Origin: a virus
Lineage: Duplodnaviria > Caudoviricetes
Strand: one strand, 5' to 3'
Length of the DNA stretch: 42,721 nucleotides
Virus record (IMG/VR): IMGVR_UViG_3300037780_000073
Location: 1 to 42,721 of that record
Below the pieces are notes generated by a model. The model searched no databases. It was not told where the DNA came from and worked only from the letters and a program-made list of their open reading frames with translations. Positions 14,858-24,682 of the stretch are shown here, one piece after another; the first letter of the stretch is position 1, and each line of letters begins with the position of its first letter. The translations under genes were made by a program, and so were the position numbers.

Positions 14858-15697
14858 TCAGAACCAGCGGCCAACGGCCAGCAGGTGGGCCTTGCGCGTT
14901 GAGGTGGACTTGTCGTCGTGGGAATAGACCTTGGGGATGGCGTACCCGTTGGTCACATTGTCTGCACCGCCCCAGCAGGCGCGCATATTGCAATGGAAGC
15001 TTGGGACCGACCCGCTCACGAAGTTTGCCGGGAAGGTCCAAGAACTCAAGTTCTCGGTGTACACGCTTCCGGCGGCGCTCATGCTGAGCGTATGGTCGAA
15101 GACGCGGGTGCAAATCTGGGTGCCATCGGCCAAGCGGACATACTCGCCGTTGGCATTGCTGCCGCGTTCCATCGCGTCTCCGGTCGGGTCCCCCGATGAC
15201 TGGCTGACGGTCCCGATCAGGTTCTTCTGTGAGAACATCTGATACCAGTCGCCCCAACTGCTATCGCTATAACGCCGCTGCCAGATGCCCGCACTGGCGC
15301 CCACTTCCATGTAGACCTGCACGCGGTTGCCGCTGTTCCACATCATATTCTGCACCAGGCCAACCCCGGCCCCGGTCGGGCCATTCACCGTGGCGACGTC
15401 CGCCCCCAGAACAGCCCAGAACCCGGTTGCTGACAGGGTATCGAGCGCGTTTGCCGCGCTGAGCTGGGTCATGTACCCGCCGCCCAGGCCAAAGGCACCG
15501 GTCAGCATTGCGCGGTTCTGGGTCGGGTCGGTCAGGCTGCTCTGAACCGGGAAAAAGTCGGCAGCGTCCAGCCCCGCCCAATCGTCAAGGAACGTCGAGA
15601 ACCAAGCGACGAAAGCTTCGGCATCGGCGTTGAATGTGGCGGGGGATGATCTGCTGGGTGCGCTCGGCGGGGCGGTGATTCCTGCTGGGGTTGCCAT
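14858..15697 (-). CDS. Short tail fibre / receptor-binding protein
   Basis: Knob-like WQRRY..WGDW segment; ERGSNANGEYVRLADGTQIC and AVGRWF C-terminus. Confidence 0.8.
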   Translation of the reverse strand: MATPAGITAPPSAPSRSSPATFNADAEAFVAWFSTFLDDWAGLDAADFFPVQSSLTDPTQNRAMLTGAFGLGGGYMTQLSAANALDTLSATGFWAVLGADVATVNGPTGAGVGLVQNMMWNSGNRVQVYMEVGASAGIWQRRYSDSSWGDWYQMFSQKNLIGTVSQSSGDPTGDAMERGSNANGEYVRLADGTQICTRVFDHTLSMSAAGSVYTENLSSWTFPANFVSGSVPSFHCNMRACWGGADNVTNGYAIPKVYSHDDKSTSTRKAHLLAVGRWF

Positions 15698-16629
15698 TAC
15701 GTGAGGCCCTCAATTTCGATTGACATGAAGGACTTCTCGCCCGAACTCAGCGGGATCTCGAAGTCATTGAAAAAGCCGTAGACCATTGTCCCGAAGCCTC
15801 TGATCGCTTCAGTCTGATCTATGAAGTAGACGGCCGGTGAAGCGCGATTGCGGGCGATAATTCGCTTGATGCGCCTGGCATCCTGGCTGTTGACTGCGAC
15901 CTGATAGGTCGTCGTGTCCGCAAACGGTTTTTCCACGATCCGGGCGTGGTTGCCGAAGTCATCGCGCTCCTTGGTCGAGAAGTCTTCGATGCCGATGGCC
16001 GTTCCGTCCAGCGTGGTGCCGATGGTCTGGGTTTTGCCGAGGACGATCTGCCCGACCTCTGCATTCCCCGAAGAGGCATCAATTGTGATGGCCACACGGT
16101 AGCCGGAATACGCTGGGACGCCGGTCAGCACGGCCTCGGTGTCATATTCCACGCCACCGAAGAAGAACGAAAGCCAGTCCACAACCTCCGTCGTGTCCAC
16201 AAGATCGGTCGTTTCGTCGTAAATTTCTACCTCAGGGCTCGCGTCGTCGAACACCTGCACGCGGACGGTGCCCGCGTTCAGCCCAAAGAATGCGATCCCG
16301 TCGCAGAAGCTGGACGGCGTGAGCGAGTATGTGATCTGACTGGCGCGCACTGCCGGATCGGAAATGCGGCGATCAAAGGGCTTGAACCTGTCCGTTGCAC
16401 CGATTTCCAGCCAATTTGTCCCGTCGTCAGACGACGGATCAATTCCGACGTTGCCGGCAATTAGCGACTGGTAAACAGTGCGATAGGACCGCCCGGCCAC
16501 GCCCGCGACATAGACGTAATCGTCCAGCGCAAAGTTTGTGACAGCATCCCAAGGCGGATAGGTCGTCGCCGCGATGTTTGAATTCGTCAGCACAGCGTCG
16601 GTGATGGCGATTGGCTCGATGATCTTCAT
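15697..16629 (-). CDS. Tail tip protein (probable Dit with carbohydrate-binding-like insert)
   Basis: Immediately follows TMP; WDAVTNF...VYQSL...GTNW CBM-like segment; DFSTKERDDFG. Confidence 0.65.
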   Translation of the reverse strand: MKIIEPIAITDAVLTNSNIAATTYPPWDAVTNFALDDYVYVAGVAGRSYRTVYQSLIAGNVGIDPSSDDGTNWLEIGATDRFKPFDRRISDPAVRASQITYSLTPSSFCDGIAFFGLNAGTVRVQVFDDASPEVEIYDETTDLVDTTEVVDWLSFFFGGVEYDTEAVLTGVPAYSGYRVAITIDASSGNAEVGQIVLGKTQTIGTTLDGTAIGIEDFSTKERDDFGNHARIVEKPFADTTTYQVAVNSQDARRIKRIIARNRASPAVYFIDQTEAIRGFGTMVYGFFNDFEIPLSSGEKSFMSIEIEGLT

Positions 16630-19600
16630 GCTGTGGTCACCTTCAGGCTGCCCGGGTCTTTCTGGAAACGTCGCAAAATGCTGGCCGTTTGCTTCGCGTG
16701 GCTGTTCACAGCCATCAGGAGTTGCCGGTTTTCATCGCGGGACTTGGCCAGCTCCCTGCGCACCTCGGCCAGTTCCTCCAAGAGCGGCGTCTGGTCGAAC
16801 ATCGCTTTGGTGTCGGAGTTATTGACGATCCGTGAGGGGCCGGTGATCTCCAGTTCCGGCCCGCGCTCCCCAACGATCCGGGCGCCGCCCATGTGGTTGC
16901 CGCCATTTGCGAAGCCGGGGATGTTCAGGCCGATGGACTTCCAGTCGAACGCGCGGGCATCAAACGAGCGGCTGCCGTTGATGATCTCGTCGCGCCCGTG
17001 GCGGTCGAAATGCGCCTGCATGGATCCTTGGAAGTTCTCCGCCACGCTCGGATAGGCCCGCCTGTAGCCGGTCGGGTCAACCTGCAACCCGGCGGTGCCC
17101 ACATAGGCCTCCAGCAATTGCCGGGTCTGAAAGCCCGATGGGTCCACGTCGATGCTGTGGAGTTTGTCGTTTGCGCTGATCCCGGCCAACTGCGCGGCCA
17201 GCGCATATGGCGATCCGCTCCCATCGATCCCGGCCCGGGCCGCCATTTCCTGAAGCTGCGCCGCCGTGGCTACATACTGGCCGTCAGCGTCCTTCAGCAT
17301 ACCTTCGGCGTAGGCGTCCAGCGCCAGCACGGCCTCCGCTTTGCGCATCTCCTGCGTCTGGCCGACCACCGCAGACCGAAGCTCCGCCAAGGCGCCGGTC
17401 AGAACAGACATCGGCGATGCGATGCCGTCCTGCACCGTGGTCCCGAACCAGGTGGAGAACCCGGAACTGGGATCAAACTGGAACGACCCGCCCAGGGTCA
17501 GGGTGCCCGAGGTCGCCCCGCTGATCGACAGGAGCAGGGCACGCTGTTCGTCGGACAGGCCCGAGACATTCACCGACCCGTTGACGATGCGATCGATGGA
17601 CCCGGAACCGGCCTGCAACTGCGACAGCAGAGCCGCGCCGGTCCAGTTGCGCGCATTGCCATATATGGCAGAGCGCAGGTTGCGGGCGGTTGCGCCGTCA
17701 CCCTTGGCAAAGAGGCCAAGCAGAGTGGCCCCTGTCCAGTTACGGGTGTCGGAATATACTGCCGACCGAAGGTTCCGGGCGGTTGCGCCGTCACCGTCGT
17801 TCAACTGCTTGAGGATCGCGGCCCCGGTCCAATTGCGGGTGTCGGAATAGATCGCAGATCGCAGGTTGCGCGCCGTGGCCCCATCGCCAGCCGCAAACAG
17901 CCGCAAAAGCGTTGCCCCGGTCCAGTTCCGGGCATTGGCGAACACCTGACCATCCAGCGCGCGACGAACCTCGCCCGGCCCGGCGTGCAGCTGGGTCAAC
18001 AGGGCACTGTCGGTCCAGCCGATGCGGCTGGTGTACATGGTGCCCTCGATGGCCCGGCGGACACGACCGCTGCGGGTCAACTGATCCAGGAACACAAGCC
18101 CGGTCGCGGTGATCCCCGCCGGGTTGACCTCTGCCTGAATGGTCCGCATGGCCTCTGTGCTGGTCTCGCGCAGAAGGGCCAGATCCTCGGCACCCAATGT
18201 GTCGGCATAGACGGCGGCAATGGTCACACCGCGCAGAGCCGCAGTATTGGCCTCCAGCAGCAGCGCCCGCACGGATGCCGGCATGTTTTGCGCCAGGATC
18301 CCCGAGACGTTGACGGCAAGGTCCCCCTGCTGATCCAGCAGCGCCCGGCGCACGCCCTCAGGCACGCTGGGGTCCAGAGCTGCGCGGACAGAGGTCGCGT
18401 AGGTGCCGCCATCGGCAAAGACGATCCGGCGCACGTCGGCAGACAGATCCGCCGCCATCGCAGCCCGCACGGCGACGTCATAGGCACCGGTTGCGTCCAG
18501 GGCGAGGCTCAAGGCCTTCGGATCGACGCCAGATGACAGGACCAGATCCAGTGTCTTCACGTGCTCTGATGCCGATTGCAGGGCCAGCCAGCGCAGGTCC
18601 GGTGTCAGGCCGTCCGCGCGCACCGCGAAGTCAATGGTAGCCGACAGCCCGGTCTTAGCATTGCCGATCAGATCCGCCAGATAGGGCGGGATGTTGGCAG
18701 ATGGCAGGATATCAACCGCGATGTTAAGCCGCTCGCGCAGGGCGTCGTAACTGAAGGCCTCGGTCGCCTCGATGGCCGATTGCAGGCTGCCCAGGCTGGT
18801 TTGGAACCCGGCCAACGTGCCATCCCAATCCGCCGCCAACCCCTGAATGGACGAATCCAGCTGGCCGATCTGCTCATTCGTCAGACCCTCAAGTTGGAGG
18901 AAGTTCCCCAGCGCCGTCAGAACGCCGATCTGCTCCTCATACAGCGATTGCAGAACGTCCTTGTTCGCGCCCTCCAACTCGCTCAGACCGGATAGGAACT
19001 GAACCTGACCCTGCACCATGCCAGCGATCCGGCGGTACTCCAGCGCGGTCGAGGACTCCGCCCGCGCGCTGTTCAAATACGCTTTCGCCAGCTCCGGGAT
19101 CGATCGCGCCGCATCCACGTCGCCGCCGCGGGCCAGCGCATAGGCGCTCTCAAACCGGGCGCGGTTGACCGCGGACGTCTGGCCCGCGCTGGCCGCGGAC
19201 AGATCGGAGTTCAGCAGGTCCGACAGGAAGTCGCGCAAGGTCGTTGCGGTGCGATACCAGAGCGAAGACGCCGCTTTTGCGTCGGACGCCATGCCCCGCG
19301 CAAGGTCCAGCTGCGTCCCGATCTCGCCCGAAATGCTGGTCAACAGCCCGTCCATAGACAGCGTGAACTGCGCCACCTGCGGCAACACCTGATCCAGCGC
19401 GCCAGAAAGGCCCATGACCTGCGCATAGAGATTGCGGCCGCTCTCAGTTGTGGTGTCGAAGCTCTCAACAAGGGCGCGCAACTGCCCGCGGCTCTCCGGC
19501 ATGACCACGCCCAGATCCGCAAACGTCGCCCGCAAGCGGCGAATGGTGATCTCCGTGCGCTCGCTCTCGGAATAGACCGCCTGCCAATAGGCGCCCGTCG

Positions 19601-22322
19601 CCGTGCTCATCGCCTCGACGCCGCCGAAGGCATCGACCAGCATCGACGCCATATCAGCCCCGGCCAGCGACACGGTGAACATCCGGTGCCCCAAGAGATC
19701 CGCCTGATCATTCGCAGTGCTCAGCCCGGTCGAAAGACGGGTGAGGGTATCATTGGCGGATTCCCCGGTGCGGGTGAAGGCGTCAGTGCCAAGCACAAGC
19801 TCGGCCATCTTTTCCGACGCGCTATCGATGAAGACGCCCAGTTCCTGCTGAATCTGCGCCTGATCCTTGCCGTTCGTCCAGAGGGTGAACTGCTCATCGT
19901 TGAACCCGGCCAGCGCGCCGGTGCTGAGACCAAGAACGGTTGCCATGCTGGTCAGCCCGGTCGTGACCCCGCGCATGGTGGTGTCCAGCATCGCCTGAAT
20001 GGCTTCGGGAACTTCCTTGTAGTTGGCTTTGTTCGACCGCAGCGCGCCGCCCTTGTAGAAATCGAAGCTGGTGCCATCGAAGCCGTCGGTTCCAAGCGTG
20101 CCCCGAATGGCTGTGCCTGCGTACTTCCGGCTCAGAGCCTTGGACAGGACAGCCAGCCCCGCAATCGCAATGCCAATTGCGGGGATTGCCGCGCCGATGG
20201 CGCCCGCGCCACCGGACGTGCCAGACAACAGCCCGCCCAGGTTCGCGAAGGAACTGCCCAGCCCACCGCCTGACAGCACCCCGCCAAGGCCCGTTCCGAC
20301 GCCGCCCAGGAAACCGCCGCCGCCCAACAGACCGCCACCGACGTTCCCCAGCAGGCCGCCCAGCAGGCCAGTGCCCGCGCCACCACCGCCGCCAAGGGCG
20401 CTGGACACGGCGGATCTGGCTCCCCCCAGAACAAGCTGATCAAGCCCAAGGATGCTGGTAACAGAGGCGACAATTGGCAAAACCACCTTGGAGTGCGCAA
20501 ACTGATAGGCGATGTCCTTGAGCATACCCTTCACCGTGTCGCTGAGGCTGCCACCTTCGAATGCGGTCCGGGTGATGTTCTCCGCCCACCGATCCTGCAT
20601 GTTGGCGACGCGCTCCAGCGCGGCCTCTTGATCCTCAAGCGCAATCAGCTGATCTGCCAAGCCGCTGATCTGGGCTTTCGACAACTTTGCAGCGTCCTTC
20701 CCAAGGCGCTGCTGCACCTGGTGGATTGCTTCGTACCTCTTGCGCTGGTCGCCGGTCAGAGTCAGTAACTTGCTGCGGTGGCCGATCTCGGCCGTCAGGC
20801 GCTGAACCGCGCTCTCGGATGCTGTCTTTGCAGCTCCGCCTGCTTTTTTCAGGTTTTTTGTGAGACGAACGACTATCTCATCGACCGTCTCGTAACCAAG
20901 CGCTTGCTCATAGCTGGACTTACTCCCACCCGGGAGAAAGTCGCGCGGGTCACCGCCGCGTCCGGAATAGAGCTTGGATTGCGCCTGCGAAACCGTGTTG
21001 AAAAGCGCAAGGGCCTGGGCAAGCTCAGATTTGAGCCTGTTCCCCTCATCCGCCGCGGCACCAATGGTGCTTGCCATGTCGATCCCTGCCAGACGAGATG
21101 CGGCAAGTTCAGCATTTAGCAGCGACTCGTAGACCGCTCGGGTTTCCTTGTCCATTTGGAGCAAGCCGCCGCTGGCCAATTCGATCTGTTCCCGCGCCCG
21201 GCGTAGAGCTTCTGCTTGTGCCGCCGGGGTCTCTACTTGGCCCACTTGCTGCAATGCCTGTGCAAACGCTGCTGCCTGAAAGCTGGTCAAGCCGAACTCT
21301 TTCTTCAGGTTGCGAAGCGTCTGCTCGTAGTTGTTGCGGATGGTCTGCCCCATATCATCCACAACGTCAGTAAAGGTGCCAAACTGGTTTGAGATGCTTT
21401 GGACCGCTTGAGAAAGGGCGAACATCGCCTCCAAATTCGCCATCTCGCGTTGTATCGATAGAAGCTCTCGGGCGGAACTTGCATATTCTCCGTAATGGTC
21501 GGTTAGCGAGACAATGCCGGCGCTTGCGGCCACTTGAGCGCTTTCTACACGCGACATTGCGTCCGCTAAGCCTTCAAGATTGTCTTTCAGTTCGTTTGCA
21601 CTGTCTCCGGTTCTCAGCAGTTCCAACGCCATCGGCCCTAAAACCGAGATCGCCGTACCAGCGGCGATCCCGACAACACCAAAGACCGCGCCGAGGTCTG
21701 CCGCCTGTATTGCCGCAGCTTGGAGGTAATCGCCGGTGACCGCGCCGTGTTGACCGACCTGACTGAGCTGGAGGCCGATCTGGTGCAGGTCATGACTGCG
21801 TTTCTTCGAAAATAGGCCAAGGAATCCGCGCGTAGGGGTGGACGCCCGCTGGGCGGCCTCGCCCGCTCCGAGGTATTGGGTTGCCGCTTGCTTGAGGACA
21901 GTATTCGCCTCTTTCTGGGTGACAATGCCCGAGCGTACAGCCAGTTCGACTTTCTCGACCGCTGCTTCATACCGTTTCGATGATGCATAAACGGGGTCCA
22001 GTGACGCTCGCAGATTGTCAAACGCCTTTGCATTCCGATCCAGCTGGCTGACCCAGGCGCGCGTGGTCGCGGACGTGGCTTTTGTCGCGCGGTCAACCCC
22101 CAGCAACTTGTTGACGTGCTTTTGTGCCGCCCGCTCTGTGCGTGAAAGCCCGCCATCCCAAGCCGACGCCATGTTGTCGGCAGACCTCACCGCCTCGCGC
22201 GAAGTCTCTTGGAATCCCCCCATGAGCGAGCGCAAAGCGGATCGGGCGGTTTTCACCCCGGCATCGAAGGCGGCGGATTCAAAGGAGGCAGAGGCGCGAA
22301 CTGCACCAATTTCTTCGGACAT
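16626..22322 (-). CDS. Tape measure protein with extended repeat-containing C-terminal region (1898 aa)
   Basis: AAGGAG RBS before the ATG at 22322; Ala/Gly-rich helical sequence; C-terminal FANGG...VGERGPEL motif. Confidence 0.9.
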   Translation of the reverse strand: MSEEIGAVRASASFESAAFDAGVKTARSALRSLMGGFQETSREAVRSADNMASAWDGGLSRTERAAQKHVNKLLGVDRATKATSATTRAWVSQLDRNAKAFDNLRASLDPVYASSKRYEAAVEKVELAVRSGIVTQKEANTVLKQAATQYLGAGEAAQRASTPTRGFLGLFSKKRSHDLHQIGLQLSQVGQHGAVTGDYLQAAAIQAADLGAVFGVVGIAAGTAISVLGPMALELLRTGDSANELKDNLEGLADAMSRVESAQVAASAGIVSLTDHYGEYASSARELLSIQREMANLEAMFALSQAVQSISNQFGTFTDVVDDMGQTIRNNYEQTLRNLKKEFGLTSFQAAAFAQALQQVGQVETPAAQAEALRRAREQIELASGGLLQMDKETRAVYESLLNAELAASRLAGIDMASTIGAAADEGNRLKSELAQALALFNTVSQAQSKLYSGRGGDPRDFLPGGSKSSYEQALGYETVDEIVVRLTKNLKKAGGAAKTASESAVQRLTAEIGHRSKLLTLTGDQRKRYEAIHQVQQRLGKDAAKLSKAQISGLADQLIALEDQEAALERVANMQDRWAENITRTAFEGGSLSDTVKGMLKDIAYQFAHSKVVLPIVASVTSILGLDQLVLGGARSAVSSALGGGGGAGTGLLGGLLGNVGGGLLGGGGFLGGVGTGLGGVLSGGGLGSSFANLGGLLSGTSGGAGAIGAAIPAIGIAIAGLAVLSKALSRKYAGTAIRGTLGTDGFDGTSFDFYKGGALRSNKANYKEVPEAIQAMLDTTMRGVTTGLTSMATVLGLSTGALAGFNDEQFTLWTNGKDQAQIQQELGVFIDSASEKMAELVLGTDAFTRTGESANDTLTRLSTGLSTANDQADLLGHRMFTVSLAGADMASMLVDAFGGVEAMSTATGAYWQAVYSESERTEITIRRLRATFADLGVVMPESRGQLRALVESFDTTTESGRNLYAQVMGLSGALDQVLPQVAQFTLSMDGLLTSISGEIGTQLDLARGMASDAKAASSLWYRTATTLRDFLSDLLNSDLSAASAGQTSAVNRARFESAYALARGGDVDAARSIPELAKAYLNSARAESSTALEYRRIAGMVQGQVQFLSGLSELEGANKDVLQSLYEEQIGVLTALGNFLQLEGLTNEQIGQLDSSIQGLAADWDGTLAGFQTSLGSLQSAIEATEAFSYDALRERLNIAVDILPSANIPPYLADLIGNAKTGLSATIDFAVRADGLTPDLRWLALQSASEHVKTLDLVLSSGVDPKALSLALDATGAYDVAVRAAMAADLSADVRRIVFADGGTYATSVRAALDPSVPEGVRRALLDQQGDLAVNVSGILAQNMPASVRALLLEANTAALRGVTIAAVYADTLGAEDLALLRETSTEAMRTIQAEVNPAGITATGLVFLDQLTRSGRVRRAIEGTMYTSRIGWTDSALLTQLHAGPGEVRRALDGQVFANARNWTGATLLRLFAAGDGATARNLRSAIYSDTRNWTGAAILKQLNDGDGATARNLRSAVYSDTRNWTGATLLGLFAKGDGATARNLRSAIYGNARNWTGAALLSQLQAGSGSIDRIVNGSVNVSGLSDEQRALLLSISGATSGTLTLGGSFQFDPSSGFSTWFGTTVQDGIASPMSVLTGALAELRSAVVGQTQEMRKAEAVLALDAYAEGMLKDADGQYVATAAQLQEMAARAGIDGSGSPYALAAQLAGISANDKLHSIDVDPSGFQTRQLLEAYVGTAGLQVDPTGYRRAYPSVAENFQGSMQAHFDRHGRDEIINGSRSFDARAFDWKSIGLNIPGFANGGNHMGGARIVGERGPELEITGPSRIVNNSDTKAMFDQTPLLEELAEVRRELAKSRDENRQLLMAVNSHAKQTASILRRFQKDPGSLKVTTA
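17600..18060 (-). repeat. 93-nt (31-aa) tandem repeat inside the TMP
   Basis: RNWTGA units at exact 93-nt spacing (17635, 17728, 17821, 17914; degenerate at 18007). Confidence 0.85.
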
Positions 22323-22384
22323 GGTGTCTCCTTGCGCGAAAAATCTCGCCGGACTATCGTCATGGGAGATTGGAGGATTGTTTG

Positions 22385-22642
22385 ATGAGATTTCTTTTGG
22401 GGGCAGCTGTTGCTGCTTCATCATTCTTTGCAGTGCCGGCATTTGCGGACGGCCCGCCCATCGTTCAGTTCAATGGACACTCAGTGACCGTTAGCGCCGG
22501 AACCGCCCCCGGGCTTGATCCGAAGGAAGCGGTTGAGAAAAAGGCACAAGAGGCCTGTAAGTCAGTCGGGAAAACCGCCCGCTTAGAAGAGGTGATTGAG
22601 ATCAGATCAATGAGATCGCACTTTTTTTACGTTTGCCTTTAG
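22385..22642 (+). CDS. Secreted small protein (moron)
   Basis: GGAGGA RBS; signal peptide ending AFA; two Cys; opposite strand to the late genes. Confidence 0.75.
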   Translation: MRFLLGAAVAASSFFAVPAFADGPPIVQFNGHSVTVSAGTAPGLDPKEAVEKKAQEACKSVGKTARLEEVIEIRSMRSHFFYVCL

Positions 22643-22685
22643 GTCGTTACGGACCGCGCACCATTGCTATTGGAGGAATTCAAAA

Positions 22686-23075
22686 TTGGTTTCAGAAAGC
22701 AGATTGCGACCAGTTGGAAGCGTCGAGGGGAACGGGCGGTTCCAAATCGACGTTGTTGGCGAGAGCAACTATCAAGATGCGCTTAACCAAATTGTTGGCC
22801 CAAAGGATGAGACTTCCGTTGAACTCGTTGTAGAAGCGGTGCTGGTCCCCGAACCGGAGAATCCATATGACGCCAATGCGGTGGCCGTTTTTATCCACAG
22901 CTTTCAGGTCGGGTACTTAAGCCGCCGGAACGCAAAGATCTGGAATGTTGAGCTGGAAGCCATGGGCGTAGACGGTTGCGCACTAAGAGTTTCCGCCATG
23001 ATTACCGGCGGATGGAAGCGACCGGACGGACATGAAGGTGATTTCGGGGTGAAACTGGACCTTCCGGTCAAGTAG
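22686..23075 (+). CDS. HIRAN domain protein (moron)
   Basis: VVGESNYQ...EPENPYDANAVAV...VGYL; GGAGG RBS with TTG start. Confidence 0.85.
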   Translation: MVSESRLRPVGSVEGNGRFQIDVVGESNYQDALNQIVGPKDETSVELVVEAVLVPEPENPYDANAVAVFIHSFQVGYLSRRNAKIWNVELEAMGVDGCALRVSAMITGGWKRPDGHEGDFGVKLDLPVK

Positions 23076-23104
23076 CCCGGCCCCTTAGGGCCGAGCGGGT
23101 TGAT

Positions 23105-23365
23105 TTAGCTCCAGCGCAGGCTGTGCGGGTTAAGGATCTTGCCAAGCCCGCCTTCCTGCGCGTCCCAGCTGTCATTGCGGATGATGAGGGCAGTGTCGCC
23201 CACGCCTTCCGGCTTGGTCTGGTCGATCAGATCACGCAGCGCCTGAATGTGATGCTCGATCTGCTCTTTTACGCTGGTTTCACTCTGAACCACCGTGGCC
23301 GCAGCGATGCCGCCGCCAAGGATAGGTAGGGCTGTAGCGTGGCGAAGGAACTGGCGCCGTTTCAT
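23105..23365 (-). CDS. Hypothetical protein with twin-arginine-like N-terminus
   Basis: MKRRQFL followed by a hydrophobic stretch; ATGA coupling. Confidence 0.7.
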   Translation of the reverse strand: MKRRQFLRHATALPILGGGIAAATVVQSETSVKEQIEHHIQALRDLIDQTKPEGVGDTALIIRNDSWDAQEGGLGKILNPHSLRWS

Positions 23366-23643
23366 GCGTCACCGCCTTCCATTTGCGCCATCATCTTGGC
23401 GCGGGCCTGCGATACTTCATGCGCTCGGGCGAGAGTTTCCCTGAACCCCGGGTGTATTTCCTCCAGGGCGATACCGATCCGTGCAGCGCAAGCCGAAACG
23501 GTGTCGAGATCTTCCATGATCAGGTCTTCAAGGCCATCGTCCTTGCCATCGGAAATGCCAACGGTGTTTTCGGCAGACACCTCGGATAGCGTCTTGATGG
23601 TCAGCAGGTTGCGGGCGATGTTCATCAGGTTGCGCTGTGTCAT
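23362..23643 (-). CDS. Hypothetical protein
   Basis: Translationally coupled to ant. Confidence 0.7.
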   Translation of the reverse strand: MTQRNLMNIARNLLTIKTLSEVSAENTVGISDGKDDGLEDLIMEDLDTVSACAARIGIALEEIHPGFRETLARAHEVSQARAKMMAQMEGGDA

Positions 23644-24374
23644 TTCGCACCCCCGATCAGCTTGAACTTGCCCTGCCCCATGCGCTCGCTGGCATAGACT
23701 TTGGCCTTGTGGAGAAGGCCGTTTTTCATACAGGCCTCAGACAGGTCAGGGTCGAAAGTGCGAACTGCTGAGCTGCCACGATCAGCCTTGCCAGTTGAGC
23801 ACCCCATTTCAGACAGTCGATTGCCCAGCCAGTTCGTGGTGCCGCGCAGCTTCGGTGGCAGATTGAAGCGGTCCCAGATCTCCTTTGCGGTGATGCCGCG
23901 CCGGATCAGAACACCGCTGGCCGCAACCTCGCGCTCGACCATCTGCGGCAGGACTTCTGTCAGTTCCTTGTGGATGATCCCTTTGACGATCCCGCCAATC
24001 GCGCTGCGCGTCGCCGCTGGCAGGGATTCGATTTCGCCCCTCTGGGCCGCAATGAAAGTGCGATTCACCAGAATCCGATACGCTGGCCCGACCCAGCCTG
24101 CATATTCCACAGCCAAAATTTCGTGACCAAAGGTGCCGCCATTGCGCCCTTCCTTGGAAACTATGCAGATCTGCATAGTTTCGAGCTCCAGAGCTTCGAT
24201 GAGTTCTTTAGCCTGCTGAGTGCGGAGCCATTGCGCTGGGGCCTTGCTCGCCCCAAAACCGCTGGCCTTATGCAGGGCGTTCAAATTGAACCGCCCCTCT
24301 GCGTCGGTGGTGATTTCAACCCCGGCAATAACCGGGGAGTTGATATTTTTGTCGAACTTGCTTACTTTACCCAT
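23640..24374 (-). CDS. KilA-N domain antirepressor-like protein
   Basis: GRFNLNALHKASG...WLR...GRNGGTFGHEILAVEYAGW. Confidence 0.88.
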   Translation of the reverse strand: MGKVSKFDKNINSPVIAGVEITTDAEGRFNLNALHKASGFGASKAPAQWLRTQQAKELIEALELETMQICIVSKEGRNGGTFGHEILAVEYAGWVGPAYRILVNRTFIAAQRGEIESLPAATRSAIGGIVKGIIHKELTEVLPQMVEREVAASGVLIRRGITAKEIWDRFNLPPKLRGTTNWLGNRLSEMGCSTGKADRGSSAVRTFDPDLSEACMKNGLLHKAKVYASERMGQGKFKLIGGAK

Positions 24375-24410
24375 TGAAAGTTCCTTTTGTACCTAACAGG
24401 GTTTTCATTC

Positions 24411-24442
24411 AAAGCCATCGGAGTTGCAGCTCCGGTGGCTTT
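24411..24442 (-). promoter_or_regulatory. Hairpin between arc and the antirepressor (attenuator or antisense target)
   Basis: AAAGCCATCGGAG-TTGCAG-CTCCGGTGGCTTT 13-bp stem. Confidence 0.5.
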
Positions 24443-24602
24443 ACTTTTGTGCGACGGCTTCATTGGCCTGGCGCTGCGATTGCAGGACATGCACCACGAA
24501 ATTGTTCATGGACCGCCCTTGCTCATTTGCCATCTTCTTGACCCACTCATGCAGATCTTTTGGCATCCGAAGCCCAAAGGGCGGGCGTTGTTGCTTTTCC
24601 AT
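24441..24602 (-). CDS. Arc-family ribbon-helix-helix protein (53 aa)
   Basis: Read manually: PPFGLRMPKDLHEWVKKMANEQGRSMN; AAGGAG RBS. Confidence 0.85.
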   Translation of the reverse strand: MEKQQRPPFGLRMPKDLHEWVKKMANEQGRSMNNFVVHVLQSQRQANEAVAQK

Positions 24603-24615
24603 ACGGCTCTCCTTC

Positions 24616-24679
24616 TTCTACTAGCAGCTAACTTCTATTAGTAGGCATTGCCTGTCAAGGAGAAAAGCTACTAATAGAA
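24616..24679. promoter_or_regulatory. Divergent promoter/operator region of the arc-arc switch
   Basis: TTCTATTAGTAG (24633-24644) and CTACTAATAGAA (24668-24679) are a perfect inverted repeat; variant at 24616-24627; minus-strand TTGACA at 24653-24658. Confidence 0.65.
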
Positions 24680-24682
24680 ACC

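Noticed and set aside
17600-18060. 93-nt repeats as CRISPR array or DGR template/variable repeats
   Set aside because: In-frame coding repeats varying mostly at synonymous sites; no spacers, cas or reverse transcriptase in the genome
16893-18536. 547-aa + strand ORF
   Set aside because: Antisense shadow of the GC-rich TMP; no RBS or motif. The same applies to the many antisense ORFs over erf, capsid, portal and terminase
20180-20430. Gly-rich low-complexity repeat
   Set aside because: Ordinary Gly/Leu-rich membrane-interacting segment of TMPs
22323-22442. ORF-track N-terminal extension of TMP (similarly 1323, 2884, 5586, 14847-15257, 41112-41390)
   Set aside because: Better RBS-linked starts lie downstream and the extensions overlap neighbouring real genes
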